Origin: an uncultured Oscillospiraceae bacterium
GTDB lineage: Bacteria > Bacillota > Clostridia > Saccharofermentanales > UBA5734
Direction of reading: 5' to 3'
Length of the DNA: 51,107 bases
NCBI GenBank assembly: GCA_964579735.1
Contig: CAZOHH010000006.1
Coordinates: forward strand, 1 to 51,107
Part shown: in pieces, positions 1 through 8,268 of the stretch
Numbering within the stretch: the stretch's first letter is position 1
How the letters are laid out: each line of letters begins with the position of its first letter
Notes under the pieces: generated by a model
The model's database searches: none
Told to the model about the DNA's origin: nothing
Seen by the model: only the letters and a program-made list of their open reading frames with translations
Position numbers and translations under genes: made by a program

Positions 1-30
1 GAAACGCCCGAGCGGATTCCAAGGGAGAGT

Positions 31-1387
31 GGCCGACTTCTCCGGGCCGGTTGATGCCGGCTAGTGTGGTAGCGGGAGCAGGCGGGGGGTTAGGACGATC
101 TCGTCTGCTCCTATTTTTGTGACGCCGAGCTCATTCAGGATTCCCTCACCGTATAGGAACTCGAACACGTCGAAGGGGCATCTGCCGATGAGGCTGTCGC
201 GGCGGTAGCTGTTGATGTGCGAGCAGAGCTTGTCGATGTCCTGCTGGCAGAGATCGTCGAAGGACGAGCCCTTCTTCCTGACCATGCGGATGAATTCATG
301 GGCGCGCTCGACGCCCGATTTCTGGTTGGTCTGCAGGGGGTCGCAGTAGAAGACACGGGTCCGTCGATCTCTTTCCAGGGCGGCGGGGTTGCTGAATTCG
401 GAGCCGTTGTCGGTCAGGAGGACAGGGAACAGGCGCCGGAACCGGTCTTGGCCCAGAAGCCCTTCCAAGGCGTCGATGGCATCGAGGGCGGAACGGGCGG
501 TGTTGTAGTCGCGGATGCGGCAGAGGAGCAGCTGGGCCCGGGGGAAGAAGAGCGTCAGGAGGACCTTGACGCTCTCGAGAGAGCCGAGGACCGAGTCCAT
601 CTGCACCACCGGAAGGTCGGGGGCGGCTTCCAGCAGCAGCCGGAAGTCCGCGTAGGTCCGGCCTTCACGGCAGGCCCGGTCGACCTTGTGTTCGGGCTTC
701 CGACGAGGCATCCGGCGTTTCACCTTGAGTCTCAGGTCGAGGTTCCTGGCGGAGAGGAGTCCCTGGTCGATGAGGTGGTAGAGGCTCTTCTCGGAGCAGA
801 AGAGCTCGTCTCTGTGGCTGAGGTAGATGTGGTGGACCGACTGGCCGTTCCGCAGCAGTGGGGACACCAGCCGGTCCGTCCGTGCAAGCTCGGTCTCGGA
901 GAGAAGGGTGCCGCTACGGACGTCGGTGAGCCTCGCCCGTGCCTTCTCGTGTGCCTTCCCGGCGTCGTAGACGAAGCGCCGGATGGTGCAGTTGCGGGTC
1001 TTGATACAGCCGTTGCAGCAGAACGGCGGGTGGAGAAGCCGCATGCAGCGGGCCGGGATGAAGTCCCGGCACAGAGCATTGCAGCGTCCGCACATGTGGC
1101 AGATACGTCGGGAGCTCAGGCAGCGCTCGCACAACCCCTTGACGTGACAGGCCTTGAGTTTCGCGCAGTCGTTGCTCGCGCCGCTGATGGAACCGGTGAA
1201 GACGGGGGTGCGGTTCCCCTTGATTTCCCGGACGACGGTGTTGCGGTCGCGTCCGAGCGTCTGGGCGATGGCCGAGAGGGGGTTGTTGCCGGAGAGCATG
1301 CGATGGACGGTGATCCGATCCGACAGGGACAGGTGCTTGAAATGGGCCATTGTCCTACCTCCTTCGATTGGCCCGGAGAAGTCTGCC
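31..1387 (-). mobile_element. IS30-family insertion sequence
   Basis: Transposase ORF flanked by inverted repeats GGCCGACTTCTCCGGGCC (31-48) and GGCCCGGAGAAGTCTGCC (1370-1387), matching at 17/18. No clear target duplication; the true ends may extend slightly further. Confidence 0.75.
61..1350 (-). CDS. IS30-family transposase with Cys-rich insert
   Basis: N-terminal HLSLSDR...HTH, DDE core (QMDSV, LTDNGSEF, QKSGVERAH); RBS AGGAGG upstream. Confidence 0.93.
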   Translation of the reverse strand: MAHFKHLSLSDRITVHRMLSGNNPLSAIAQTLGRDRNTVVREIKGNRTPVFTGSISGASNDCAKLKACHVKGLCERCLSSRRICHMCGRCNALCRDFIPARCMRLLHPPFCCNGCIKTRNCTIRRFVYDAGKAHEKARARLTDVRSGTLLSETELARTDRLVSPLLRNGQSVHHIYLSHRDELFCSEKSLYHLIDQGLLSARNLDLRLKVKRRMPRRKPEHKVDRACREGRTYADFRLLLEAAPDLPVVQMDSVLGSLESVKVLLTLFFPRAQLLLCRIRDYNTARSALDAIDALEGLLGQDRFRRLFPVLLTDNGSEFSNPAALERDRRTRVFYCDPLQTNQKSGVERAHEFIRMVRKKGSSFDDLCQQDIDKLCSHINSYRRDSLIGRCPFDVFEFLYGEGILNELGVTKIGADEIVLTPRLLPLPH

Positions 1388-1515
1388 TTCCAGTGTAGCA
1401 GAGGGTTGTCGTTTGCAGGACGAATCGCCCATCGACGGTTTGAAGAACGTATCTCCCGCCATGATGGGAATTAAGGATTGCAAACGACCCCCCGTAGAAT
1501 CTTCGCGGTGGCGGG

Positions 1516-1545
1516 TTGCGTCGTTTGTGAAACGCATGCTATAAT
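1516..1545 (+). promoter_or_regulatory. sigmaA promoter of tRNA-Gln
   Basis: TTGCGT-18-TATAAT with extended TGn, 15 nt upstream of the tRNA. Confidence 0.75.
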
Positions 1546-1560
1546 CTCCCTCGCTGACGT

Positions 1561-1634
1561 TGCCGGATTGTGTAAAGGTAGCACAACTGCCTCTGGAGCA
1601 GTCTGTCTGGGTTCGAATCCTAGTCCGGCAGCCA
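1561..1634 (+). tRNA. tRNA-Gln(CTG)
   Basis: Acceptor stem TGCCGGA/TCCGGCA, anticodon stem ACTGC/GCAGT with loop CT-CTG-GA, T-loop TTCGAAT, encoded CCA. Confidence 0.97.
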
Positions 1635-1674
1635 AAGGAAGCCCCCCGCCTTGAAAAAGACGGGGGGCTTCCTT
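1635..1674. terminator. Intrinsic terminator, probably bidirectional
   Basis: AAGGAAGCCCCCCG...CGGGGGGCTTCCTT hairpin between the tRNA and the convergent ORF. Confidence 0.8.
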
Positions 1675-2111
1675 CAGTTTCCCTTTGGATTCCGTAGGGT
1701 GTTCAGGCAGTGGGCGTGAATATCCCTCAAGGTTTGGACGTCCGATGGAACCCCTCTCAACGGGTATTCGACAGGACAGATTCCGTAGCTCTTGAAGCAG
1801 GTCTCGCAATACAAGACGCTCGGACAATTGCCTACGGCACGTGAACATCTATAGAGCGTCGTGAGCTTGCAGTCGACGCTGCCGTTCGCCATCTTCCCCG
1901 CATGTCCTCGATTGACGTTCGTCCTACCTATGAAATCCTCGTGGCTCGGGAATCCGTTTTCGATGTACATCCTGAAGACCCTTGAAAAATTCGTCATGAG
2001 GATGCCGTTCGATTCGTCAGTCGAAGTCCAACTCTGGATCGTGGGCAGTTGATGGGAGAGACGAGGAGAAAGCTCGATACGGCTTGGGTCGGGCTCTGGG
2101 AAATCTGTCAT
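1674..2111 (-). CDS. Divergent XRE/Cro-type HTH protein with C-terminal Cys/His residues
   Basis: SHEDFIGRTNVNRGHAGKMANGSVDCKLTTLYRCSRAVG follows the XRE pattern SQEELA...SRSYISKIERG...TL..IA.ALG. GGAGG lies 6 nt before the ATG at 2111. Confidence 0.55.
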   Translation of the reverse strand: MTDFPEPDPSRIELSPRLSHQLPTIQSWTSTDESNGILMTNFSRVFRMYIENGFPSHEDFIGRTNVNRGHAGKMANGSVDCKLTTLYRCSRAVGNCPSVLYCETCFKSYGICPVEYPLRGVPSDVQTLRDIHAHCLNTLRNPKGN

Positions 2112-2312
2112 GCTCAACCTCCGGATTGTATTCGTCAGGCGCGCGGAAGCTTCGTGGTACTCTTTCCGCGACCTGCAAGGTATACTCTATATGCAGATGG
2201 AAAGGATTCAATACGGTATGGCGTTTTTTCTTTTTAGAATGCCGACCGATATATCGACCATTCCAAGGGTCCCGGTCCTCTTGAGGACCAGGGGCGGAAA
2301 GAGGGGTTCCCA

Positions 2313-3596
2313 ATGGACCCGAACAAGGAGACGAAGAAACCCACTGACCGCACGATCGTCGTGGGACTCGACCTTTCGACGGCTGCAGGCTCCGCGGAAG
2401 AAGCCGAACGCTCGCTGGACGAACTCGCCGATCTCGTGCGGGCCGCCGGAGGTGAAGTGGTTGGCCGCATGCTTCAGCGGAAGTCCACGACGGACTCGGC
2501 GACCTATATCGGAAAAGGGAAGGCCACGGAACTCAAGAACGCCGGGGACTCGCTTGAGGCGGACCTGCTCGTCTTCGACGACGAACTTTCAGGTTCGCAG
2601 ATCCGCAACCTCGAGGAGATCGTCGGTCGCAGGGTCGTCGACCGATCGATGCTCATCCTCGACATCTTCGCGCAACGGGCGGCTTCTCGAGAAGGCAAGC
2701 TCCAGGTCGAGCTCGCCTTGCTCCAGTATCGCAAATCCCGGCTCGTCGGTCTCGGCCTGGCCCTCTCTCGCCTCGGTGGCGGCATCGGGACCCGCGGCCC
2801 TGGCGAATCCAAACTGGAGACGGACCGTCGGCATATCGGCCGGAGGATCCTTGCTTTGAAACGGGAGCTTGAGACCGTCGGTGACCGCCGAGACCGTGTG
2901 CGCGCCAGGCGCCGAAGCGGTGAAGCCCTGGTCGTGGCCGTCGCTGGATATACCAACGCGGGGAAGACCTCGATCGTGAACCGAATCTGCGGCTCCGGCC
3001 TCTACGCCGAGGACATGCCCTTCGCCACGTTGGATCCGGCGGCGCGTCGACTTCTTCTCGAAGATGGGCGTGAGATCGTACTCGTCGATACCGTCGGCTT
3101 CATCCGTAAACTCCCACATCATCTGGTGGACGCTTTCCGCTCGACGCTCGACGAAGTAGCCCAGGCCGACGTCGTCCTCCATGTGGTCGACGCTTCGGAC
3201 CCTGAGTCCGAAAGGCACATGGAGATCGTAGAGGCGTTGCTGACGGACCTTGGCGCCGCAGGCCTTCCGCGACTCACGGCCTACAACAAGTCCGACCGCG
3301 TCGACATCCTGCCGGCTCCGGCAAGATCCGGGAAGAACGTCTTCGTGGTATCCGCCCTCACGGGGGAGGGAATCGATGCGTTGCGCAAGGCGATCGAGGC
3401 GCTCGCACCCGGATGCCTGGTTCCGATCGACTTGTGCGTTCCCTATGACCGTGCAGGACTCGTCGACTGGCTGCATGGCCACGGCCGCGACATCGTCGCA
3501 CGCTACGAGCCGGAGGGCATCCTGATTCACGGTCGACTGCGCGAGGACTGCCTGTCCGACGTCGCGGCCTACCGCATCAAGGACCTGCAGCCCTGA
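2313..3596 (+). CDS. hflX: Ribosome-splitting GTPase HflX
   Basis: ILDIFAQRA, EGKLQVELA, GTRGPGE, GYTNAGKT, FATLD, DTVGFI, NKSD. Confidence 0.97.
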   Translation: MDPNKETKKPTDRTIVVGLDLSTAAGSAEEAERSLDELADLVRAAGGEVVGRMLQRKSTTDSATYIGKGKATELKNAGDSLEADLLVFDDELSGSQIRNLEEIVGRRVVDRSMLILDIFAQRAASREGKLQVELALLQYRKSRLVGLGLALSRLGGGIGTRGPGESKLETDRRHIGRRILALKRELETVGDRRDRVRARRRSGEALVVAVAGYTNAGKTSIVNRICGSGLYAEDMPFATLDPAARRLLLEDGREIVLVDTVGFIRKLPHHLVDAFRSTLDEVAQADVVLHVVDASDPESERHMEIVEALLTDLGAAGLPRLTAYNKSDRVDILPAPARSGKNVFVVSALTGEGIDALRKAIEALAPGCLVPIDLCVPYDRAGLVDWLHGHGRDIVARYEPEGILIHGRLREDCLSDVAAYRIKDLQP

Positions 3597-3723
3597 ACCC
3601 TCTGCATCAGGCGATTCCCGACATGGATCCGCCCGCCTGAAGGCCCTCCGTTCGACGATTTCCTCGACGATTTCCTTGGCTTGTCAAGTTTGGATGCAGG
3701 GGGTATTATGTCGATAAATAGAA

Positions 3724-3740
3724 ATCTTGAATATCAAAGT
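3724..3740. promoter_or_regulatory. FabT-like operator box
   Basis: ATCTTGAATATCAAAGT resembles the recalled streptococcal FabT palindrome TTTGA-N3-TCAAA and lies just upstream of the MarR gene. Confidence 0.6.
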
Positions 3741-3763
3741 ATTCTGATGAGGAATCCGAATCG

Positions 3764-4228
3764 ATGAACGAACATGATAGCCACGTCAACGACCTGCTCC
3801 TCGAGATCTTCGAGAACATCCTCGTGACGGAGCAGAAGGCGCTCCGAAGGGGAAGCTTCAGCGACCTTTCCATCGCCGAGATGCATACCCTCGAAGGAAT
3901 CGGCCTGTACGACACGCATACCATGAGCGAAACGGCTGCCCGACTTGAGATCACGACGGGAACCCTGACGGTCGCCGTGGACAAGCTTGTGAAGAAGGGA
4001 TATGTCGAGCGCCTGCGCGACGAGGCGGACCGCCGCATCGTCCGGGTCTGCCTGACACGCAAAGGCAAGTTGGCCTATCGCATGCACACGAAGTTCCATA
4101 CGCTGCTCGTGGAGCGCCTTCTCCTGCCTCTGGACGACTCCGGACGCAGGACGCTGGTCCAGACCCTCGAGACCATCTCTGCCTTCACCAGGGAACAGTA
4201 CCGCCGCTACAACATCACGGAGAATTGA
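3764..4228 (+). CDS. MarR-family regulator, FabT-like
   Basis: SDLSIAEMHTLEGI, TMSETAARLEITTGTLTVAVDKLVKKGYVER..DEADRRIV; heads an ACP/lipid operon. Confidence 0.9.
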   Translation: MNEHDSHVNDLLLEIFENILVTEQKALRRGSFSDLSIAEMHTLEGIGLYDTHTMSETAARLEITTGTLTVAVDKLVKKGYVERLRDEADRRIVRVCLTRKGKLAYRMHTKFHTLLVERLLLPLDDSGRRTLVQTLETISAFTREQYRRYNITEN

Positions 4229-4272
4229 CCGGTCCTTACGCTGGCCATGGCCGTGACGCAGGAGGGAAGAAC

Positions 4273-4530
4273 ATGTCCGCACCCAACCGGGAAGAGGTCC
4301 TGAAGGAGATCGGCGCATCCATTTCGCGCCTTTCCAACATCCCCGCCGAATCGATCGTCGAAGGGCAGCTCCTGGTGCAGGATCTGAAGCTCGACTCCCT
4401 TGCGATCTACGAACTGGTGGTCGACCTCGAGGAACGATTCGGGATGCAGATATCGAATGAAGACGCCGAAAGGCTGGAGACCGTCAGAGAAGCCGTGGAC
4501 TACGTGTGTTCACGACTAAAGGACGCCTGA
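4273..4530 (+). CDS. Acyl carrier protein (secondary, non-canonical)
   Basis: 85 aa, acidic, DLKLDSL phosphopantetheine motif, LEERFG; RBS GGAGG. Confidence 0.92.
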   Translation: MSAPNREEVLKEIGASISRLSNIPAESIVEGQLLVQDLKLDSLAIYELVVDLEERFGMQISNEDAERLETVREAVDYVCSRLKDA

Positions 4531-4564
4531 TGGCGTCGGGTCGTGCGACGACCGAAGGAGAAAC

Positions 4565-6400
4565 ATGCAGATCGTGAAATCCAGAGAGTATTTCCCCGTC
4601 CGACCTTTCAAGGACCTTCGTGAAATGCTTTTCCAAAGCGCCGAACTTTTCGCTGACGAACCCGCGTTCCGCTTCCGGAGCCGCCCTGAGGATCCGCTGG
4701 AAACGAAGACGTTCCGTGAGTTCCAGACGGAAGTCGATGCTCTGGGTACGGGGCTGGTCGCATTGGGTCTTGCCGGAAAGCGGGTCGCCGTGATCGGTGA
4801 AAACCGCTACGAATGGTGTCTGGCGCATGTCGCCGTGACGAATGGCCTCGGCGTCTCCGTTCCCCTCGACCGCATGTTGCCCGAGGGGGAGGTTCTCGGT
4901 CTTCTCGAACGGGGCGAAGCGTCCGCTGTCGTGTATTCCCCTGCATTCCAGAAGACCATGGAGGCGGCTGCGGAGAGTCTTGCTTCCGTCCGATTCTTCA
5001 TCTGCATGGATGCCGCCAAGGTGAAGGACCCCAGGGTGCCCTTCACTCCGGCCGGCCGGTTCCAGGACCTCGCCCCGATCGTCTCCACAGGGCGGACACT
5101 CCTCCTCGGCGGGGACCGCGCATATCTCGACGCCCCCATCGACTCCGACGTCTTGTCCTCGCTTCTATTCACATCAGGGACGACAAGTGCATCCAAAGCG
5201 GTCATGCTCTCCCACCACAACGTTTGCGCCGATATCCGAGGCATGTGCTCCATGCTCGAACTGCGTCCGGGCCACCGGATGCTGTCCGTCCTCCCGCTCC
5301 ACCACACCTTCGAGAACACGTGCGGACTCATGACCGCACTGGCCATCGGCGCCTGCATCTACGAGTGCGACGGCTTGCGACATATCCAGAAGAACATGCA
5401 GGAATTCGGAATCAGTCTCATAATCGGCGTGCCCGTGCTTTTCGAGAATTTCTACACCAAGGTTCAAGAAACCCTTAAGAAGACGAAGAAGGAGACCTTC
5501 GTCCGGGTCGCCATCGGCGTCTCGAACTTCCTCCGCATATTCGGACTCGACCTTCGGCGCAAGTTGTTCTCGAAGATCCACGATGCCTTCGGCGGACGAC
5601 TCAGCATCGGCATCTGCGGGGCCGCCCCGATCGACCCCGCCATCATCCGCTTCTTCTCCGACATCGGCATCATGATCTACCAGGGCTATGGCCTCACTGA
5701 AACCGCGCCCGTCGTGACGGGATGCAATTCGCGGATCTTCTATCCCGGCACCGTCGGACACCCCGTAGGTGGAGTCGACATCGCCGTTGACTCGGAAGTC
5801 CGAGGCGCCCCCGGCGAGATTCTCGTGCGCGGCCCGATCGTGATGCTTGGATACTACAAGGATGAGAAAGCCACGGCCGAAGTCCTGCATGACGGCTGGT
5901 TCCACACCGGCGACATCGGCACGCTGGACCGCAAGGAGCGTCTCACCGTGACCGGACGGCTCAAGTCCATGATCGTGCTGCCGAATGGGAAGAAGATCTT
6001 CCCCGAGGAAATCGAACAGCTGATCGGACATCATAGTTCGTTGGTCAAGGAGACCATGGTCTGGGGGGAACTGGTCCGCGATGGAGACGTCGAGGTATGC
6101 GCACGCTTCGTCCTGAACAAGGAGGAGTTGCTGAAGCTGATCGGAGAAACGCTCGACGACCTCGAGATTCGAAGGACGCTGGAGAACCTCGTCAAGGAGA
6201 TCAACGCCCGCATGCCTTCCTTCAAGGCCATCCGCTACTTCGTGTTCGGGTTCGAGGAGATGGTCAAGACCACGACCCTCAAGATCAAGCGCCCCGTGGA
6301 GATCACGCGAATCCATGACCTCATGGCCGCGGCCTCCCTTCAGCTCCGGGAGATCACCGGCCGGAACATCGACCCCTTGATGGACGCTTCAGGTCTCTAG
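4565..6400 (+). CDS. Long-chain fatty acid--CoA/ACP ligase (AMP-binding), paralog 1
   Basis: LLFTSGTT, QGYGLTET, GWFHTGD, GRLKSMIV, KTTTLKIKR. Confidence 0.93.
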   Translation: MQIVKSREYFPVRPFKDLREMLFQSAELFADEPAFRFRSRPEDPLETKTFREFQTEVDALGTGLVALGLAGKRVAVIGENRYEWCLAHVAVTNGLGVSVPLDRMLPEGEVLGLLERGEASAVVYSPAFQKTMEAAAESLASVRFFICMDAAKVKDPRVPFTPAGRFQDLAPIVSTGRTLLLGGDRAYLDAPIDSDVLSSLLFTSGTTSASKAVMLSHHNVCADIRGMCSMLELRPGHRMLSVLPLHHTFENTCGLMTALAIGACIYECDGLRHIQKNMQEFGISLIIGVPVLFENFYTKVQETLKKTKKETFVRVAIGVSNFLRIFGLDLRRKLFSKIHDAFGGRLSIGICGAAPIDPAIIRFFSDIGIMIYQGYGLTETAPVVTGCNSRIFYPGTVGHPVGGVDIAVDSEVRGAPGEILVRGPIVMLGYYKDEKATAEVLHDGWFHTGDIGTLDRKERLTVTGRLKSMIVLPNGKKIFPEEIEQLIGHHSSLVKETMVWGELVRDGDVEVCARFVLNKEELLKLIGETLDDLEIRRTLENLVKEINARMPSFKAIRYFVFGFEEMVKTTTLKIKRPVEITRIHDLMAAASLQLREITGRNIDPLMDASGL

Positions 6401-6443
6401 CAGGGTAGATGGTACAGTGAAATGAGCATCAGGAGACCACACG

Positions 6444-7394
6444 ATGGCTATGCCGCCTGAAACCGCAGTTCCGACCCTCTATCGATTCATCATCAATCCC
6501 ACCGCCGGCAAGCACCGTTCCGAAGCCGTCGAGCGCGCCATCGAGATCCGATTCGCTGCGCTGGGGGGTTCCCATTCCATTGAAATCCACCGCACCGAGC
6601 GTCCCGGCCATGCGACGGAGATCGCACGCGGAATCGGAATGCGCGATGGCGCCGCCGCCGTCGTCTTCGCCTGTGGAGGGGACGGAACCGTCAATGAGGT
6701 CGTGAATGGATTAGCCGGAACCGGCGCGGCCCTCGGCGTGCTGCCCTGCGGCACGGGCAACGACTTCGTCCGCACCGTATATGAGACCCGAGACATCGAC
6801 GGGATCCTGGCACGCATCGATTCTCACGGTTATCGATACATCGATGCCGCGCGCTTCAACGACCAGTTGTTCGTGAACGTCGCCTCCCTCGGCTTCGATA
6901 CCATCGTCGGGCTGAAGGCCAAGGCCATGGTCGCCAAGGCACCCTGGATCGGTGGCATCTCCTACGGAATCGCCGCCGTGGCCGGCCTGACCGGGCAGCA
7001 TAGCTTCCCCATGGAGCTCGACATCGAGGTGGACTCCGGAAATGGCGAGACAACGCGTGTGCTGCGAACGGAACCCTTCACCCTGATGGCCATCTGCAAT
7101 GGCGGATATTATGGTGGCGGATTCCACCCGGCTCCTCTGGCGGACGCGGCCGACGGTCTTCTCGACATCTGCGTGGTCCGCAAGCTGGGGGCGCTGAAGA
7201 TCCTGGGCCTCATTCCCCGCTATGCGGCCGGCACCCATATGGGGAATCCTGCAGTCACCATGTACAAGGTCCGGAAGGGCATCATCCGCAAAGTCGGAGA
7301 CAAATTGGCCGTCAATTGCGATGGGGAGAGCTCCTACGAGGACGCGATCAGTTTCGAGGTGCTTCCCGGTTCAATCCGGCTCGCCGTCTTCTAG
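6444..7394 (+). CDS. Diacylglycerol kinase family lipid kinase (YegS/DgkB-like)
   Basis: INPTAG, GGDGTVNEVVNG, PCGTGNDF, YYGGGF, DGE. Confidence 0.93.
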   Translation: MAMPPETAVPTLYRFIINPTAGKHRSEAVERAIEIRFAALGGSHSIEIHRTERPGHATEIARGIGMRDGAAAVVFACGGDGTVNEVVNGLAGTGAALGVLPCGTGNDFVRTVYETRDIDGILARIDSHGYRYIDAARFNDQLFVNVASLGFDTIVGLKAKAMVAKAPWIGGISYGIAAVAGLTGQHSFPMELDIEVDSGNGETTRVLRTEPFTLMAICNGGYYGGGFHPAPLADAADGLLDICVVRKLGALKILGLIPRYAAGTHMGNPAVTMYKVRKGIIRKVGDKLAVNCDGESSYEDAISFEVLPGSIRLAVF

Positions 7395-7401
7395 GATTCG
7401 A

Positions 7402-8145
7402 TCAGGTAGCGGCGCAGAATTTCCTTCCGCGCATCTCCACCATCCATTCGACCAGACGCGCGGTCATCTCTTTCGCATCCTTGAATTCGCACGGGTTCAT
7501 GGGCTTCCCGAAGGATATCCGTAGTTTCATCCTGCGCAGTCTTCTGAAGTCGAAGGATTTCGGCATCTTCATGTGCCGGTTGAAGATCTCGTAAGCTCCG
7601 TCGATGAAGACGGGAAGGATAGGGGCCCCACTCTTCACGGACAGATAGGCGGCACCGTCCTTGAATTCACCTAGCTGTCCATCGGAGGAACGGGTGCCTT
7701 CCGGGTGGAGCAGGACGATTTCGCCCTTCTCGAGCTGCTGCTTCGCGAGGATCAGGGCGCGGATGGGGTTGCCGAGACGGTCCACGGGAATCCCACGGCC
7801 AACGCGGAGCATCAGCTGTCCGAAGACCCCATGACCCGTGATGAGCTCCTGAGCCGCCATGCTGCACATCTTCCTGAATTGACCTTTCCGAAGATAGGAA
7901 GCGACCCACATTCCATCGAGATAGGTCTCGTGGTTGGGTGCGATCACGAACGGCGGCTTTTCCGGGATGTTCTCTAGACCTGAGGCCTCCATGTCGAGCA
8001 AGAGCCTGGACAGGCCCACCGCCGCGTAGAATGCGGTGTTCCCGATGAGACCGCGATTCACCGGATACTTAGAAAAGAGACCTGTGGAAGGTCTCTTGAA
8101 GATCATTCCCTTGGGAGTCGCGCTGGACAAGTGCATCTTGGACAA
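7402..8145 (-). CDS. 1-acyl-sn-glycerol-3-phosphate acyltransferase family (PlsC-like)
   Basis: NHETYLD (HX4D) and HPEGTRS motifs. Start moved to the TTG at 8145, which has GGAGG 8 nt upstream; the longer tracked ORF overlaps the opposite-strand ligase. Confidence 0.88.
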   Translation of the reverse strand: MSKMHLSSATPKGMIFKRPSTGLFSKYPVNRGLIGNTAFYAAVGLSRLLLDMEASGLENIPEKPPFVIAPNHETYLDGMWVASYLRKGQFRKMCSMAAQELITGHGVFGQLMLRVGRGIPVDRLGNPIRALILAKQQLEKGEIVLLHPEGTRSSDGQLGEFKDGAAYLSVKSGAPILPVFIDGAYEIFNRHMKMPKSFDFRRLRRMKLRISFGKPMNPCEFKDAKEMTARLVEWMVEMRGRKFCAAT

Positions 8146-8206
8146 TTCGATTGCCTCCGATTCTCTGGATTCTTGCAGGATATCATAGACGATGGTAGAA
8201 TGCGAT

Positions 8207-8261
8207 TGTTCGACAATCAAACATTCCGACCGTCCAAGGATATGGCGTTGATAATCAGGAG
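8207..8261. promoter_or_regulatory. FabT-like boxes in the divergent plsC/ligase-2 promoter region
   Basis: TGTTCGACAATCAAACA (8207-8223) and the weaker GCGTTGATAATCAGGAG (8245-8261, overlapping the RBS). Confidence 0.5.
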
Positions 8262-8268
8262 GTAGAAC

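Noticed and set aside
1561-2300. Prophage or genomic island integrated at tRNA-Gln
   Set aside because: No integrase and no duplicated tRNA 3' end noticed in the window; core genes resume immediately.
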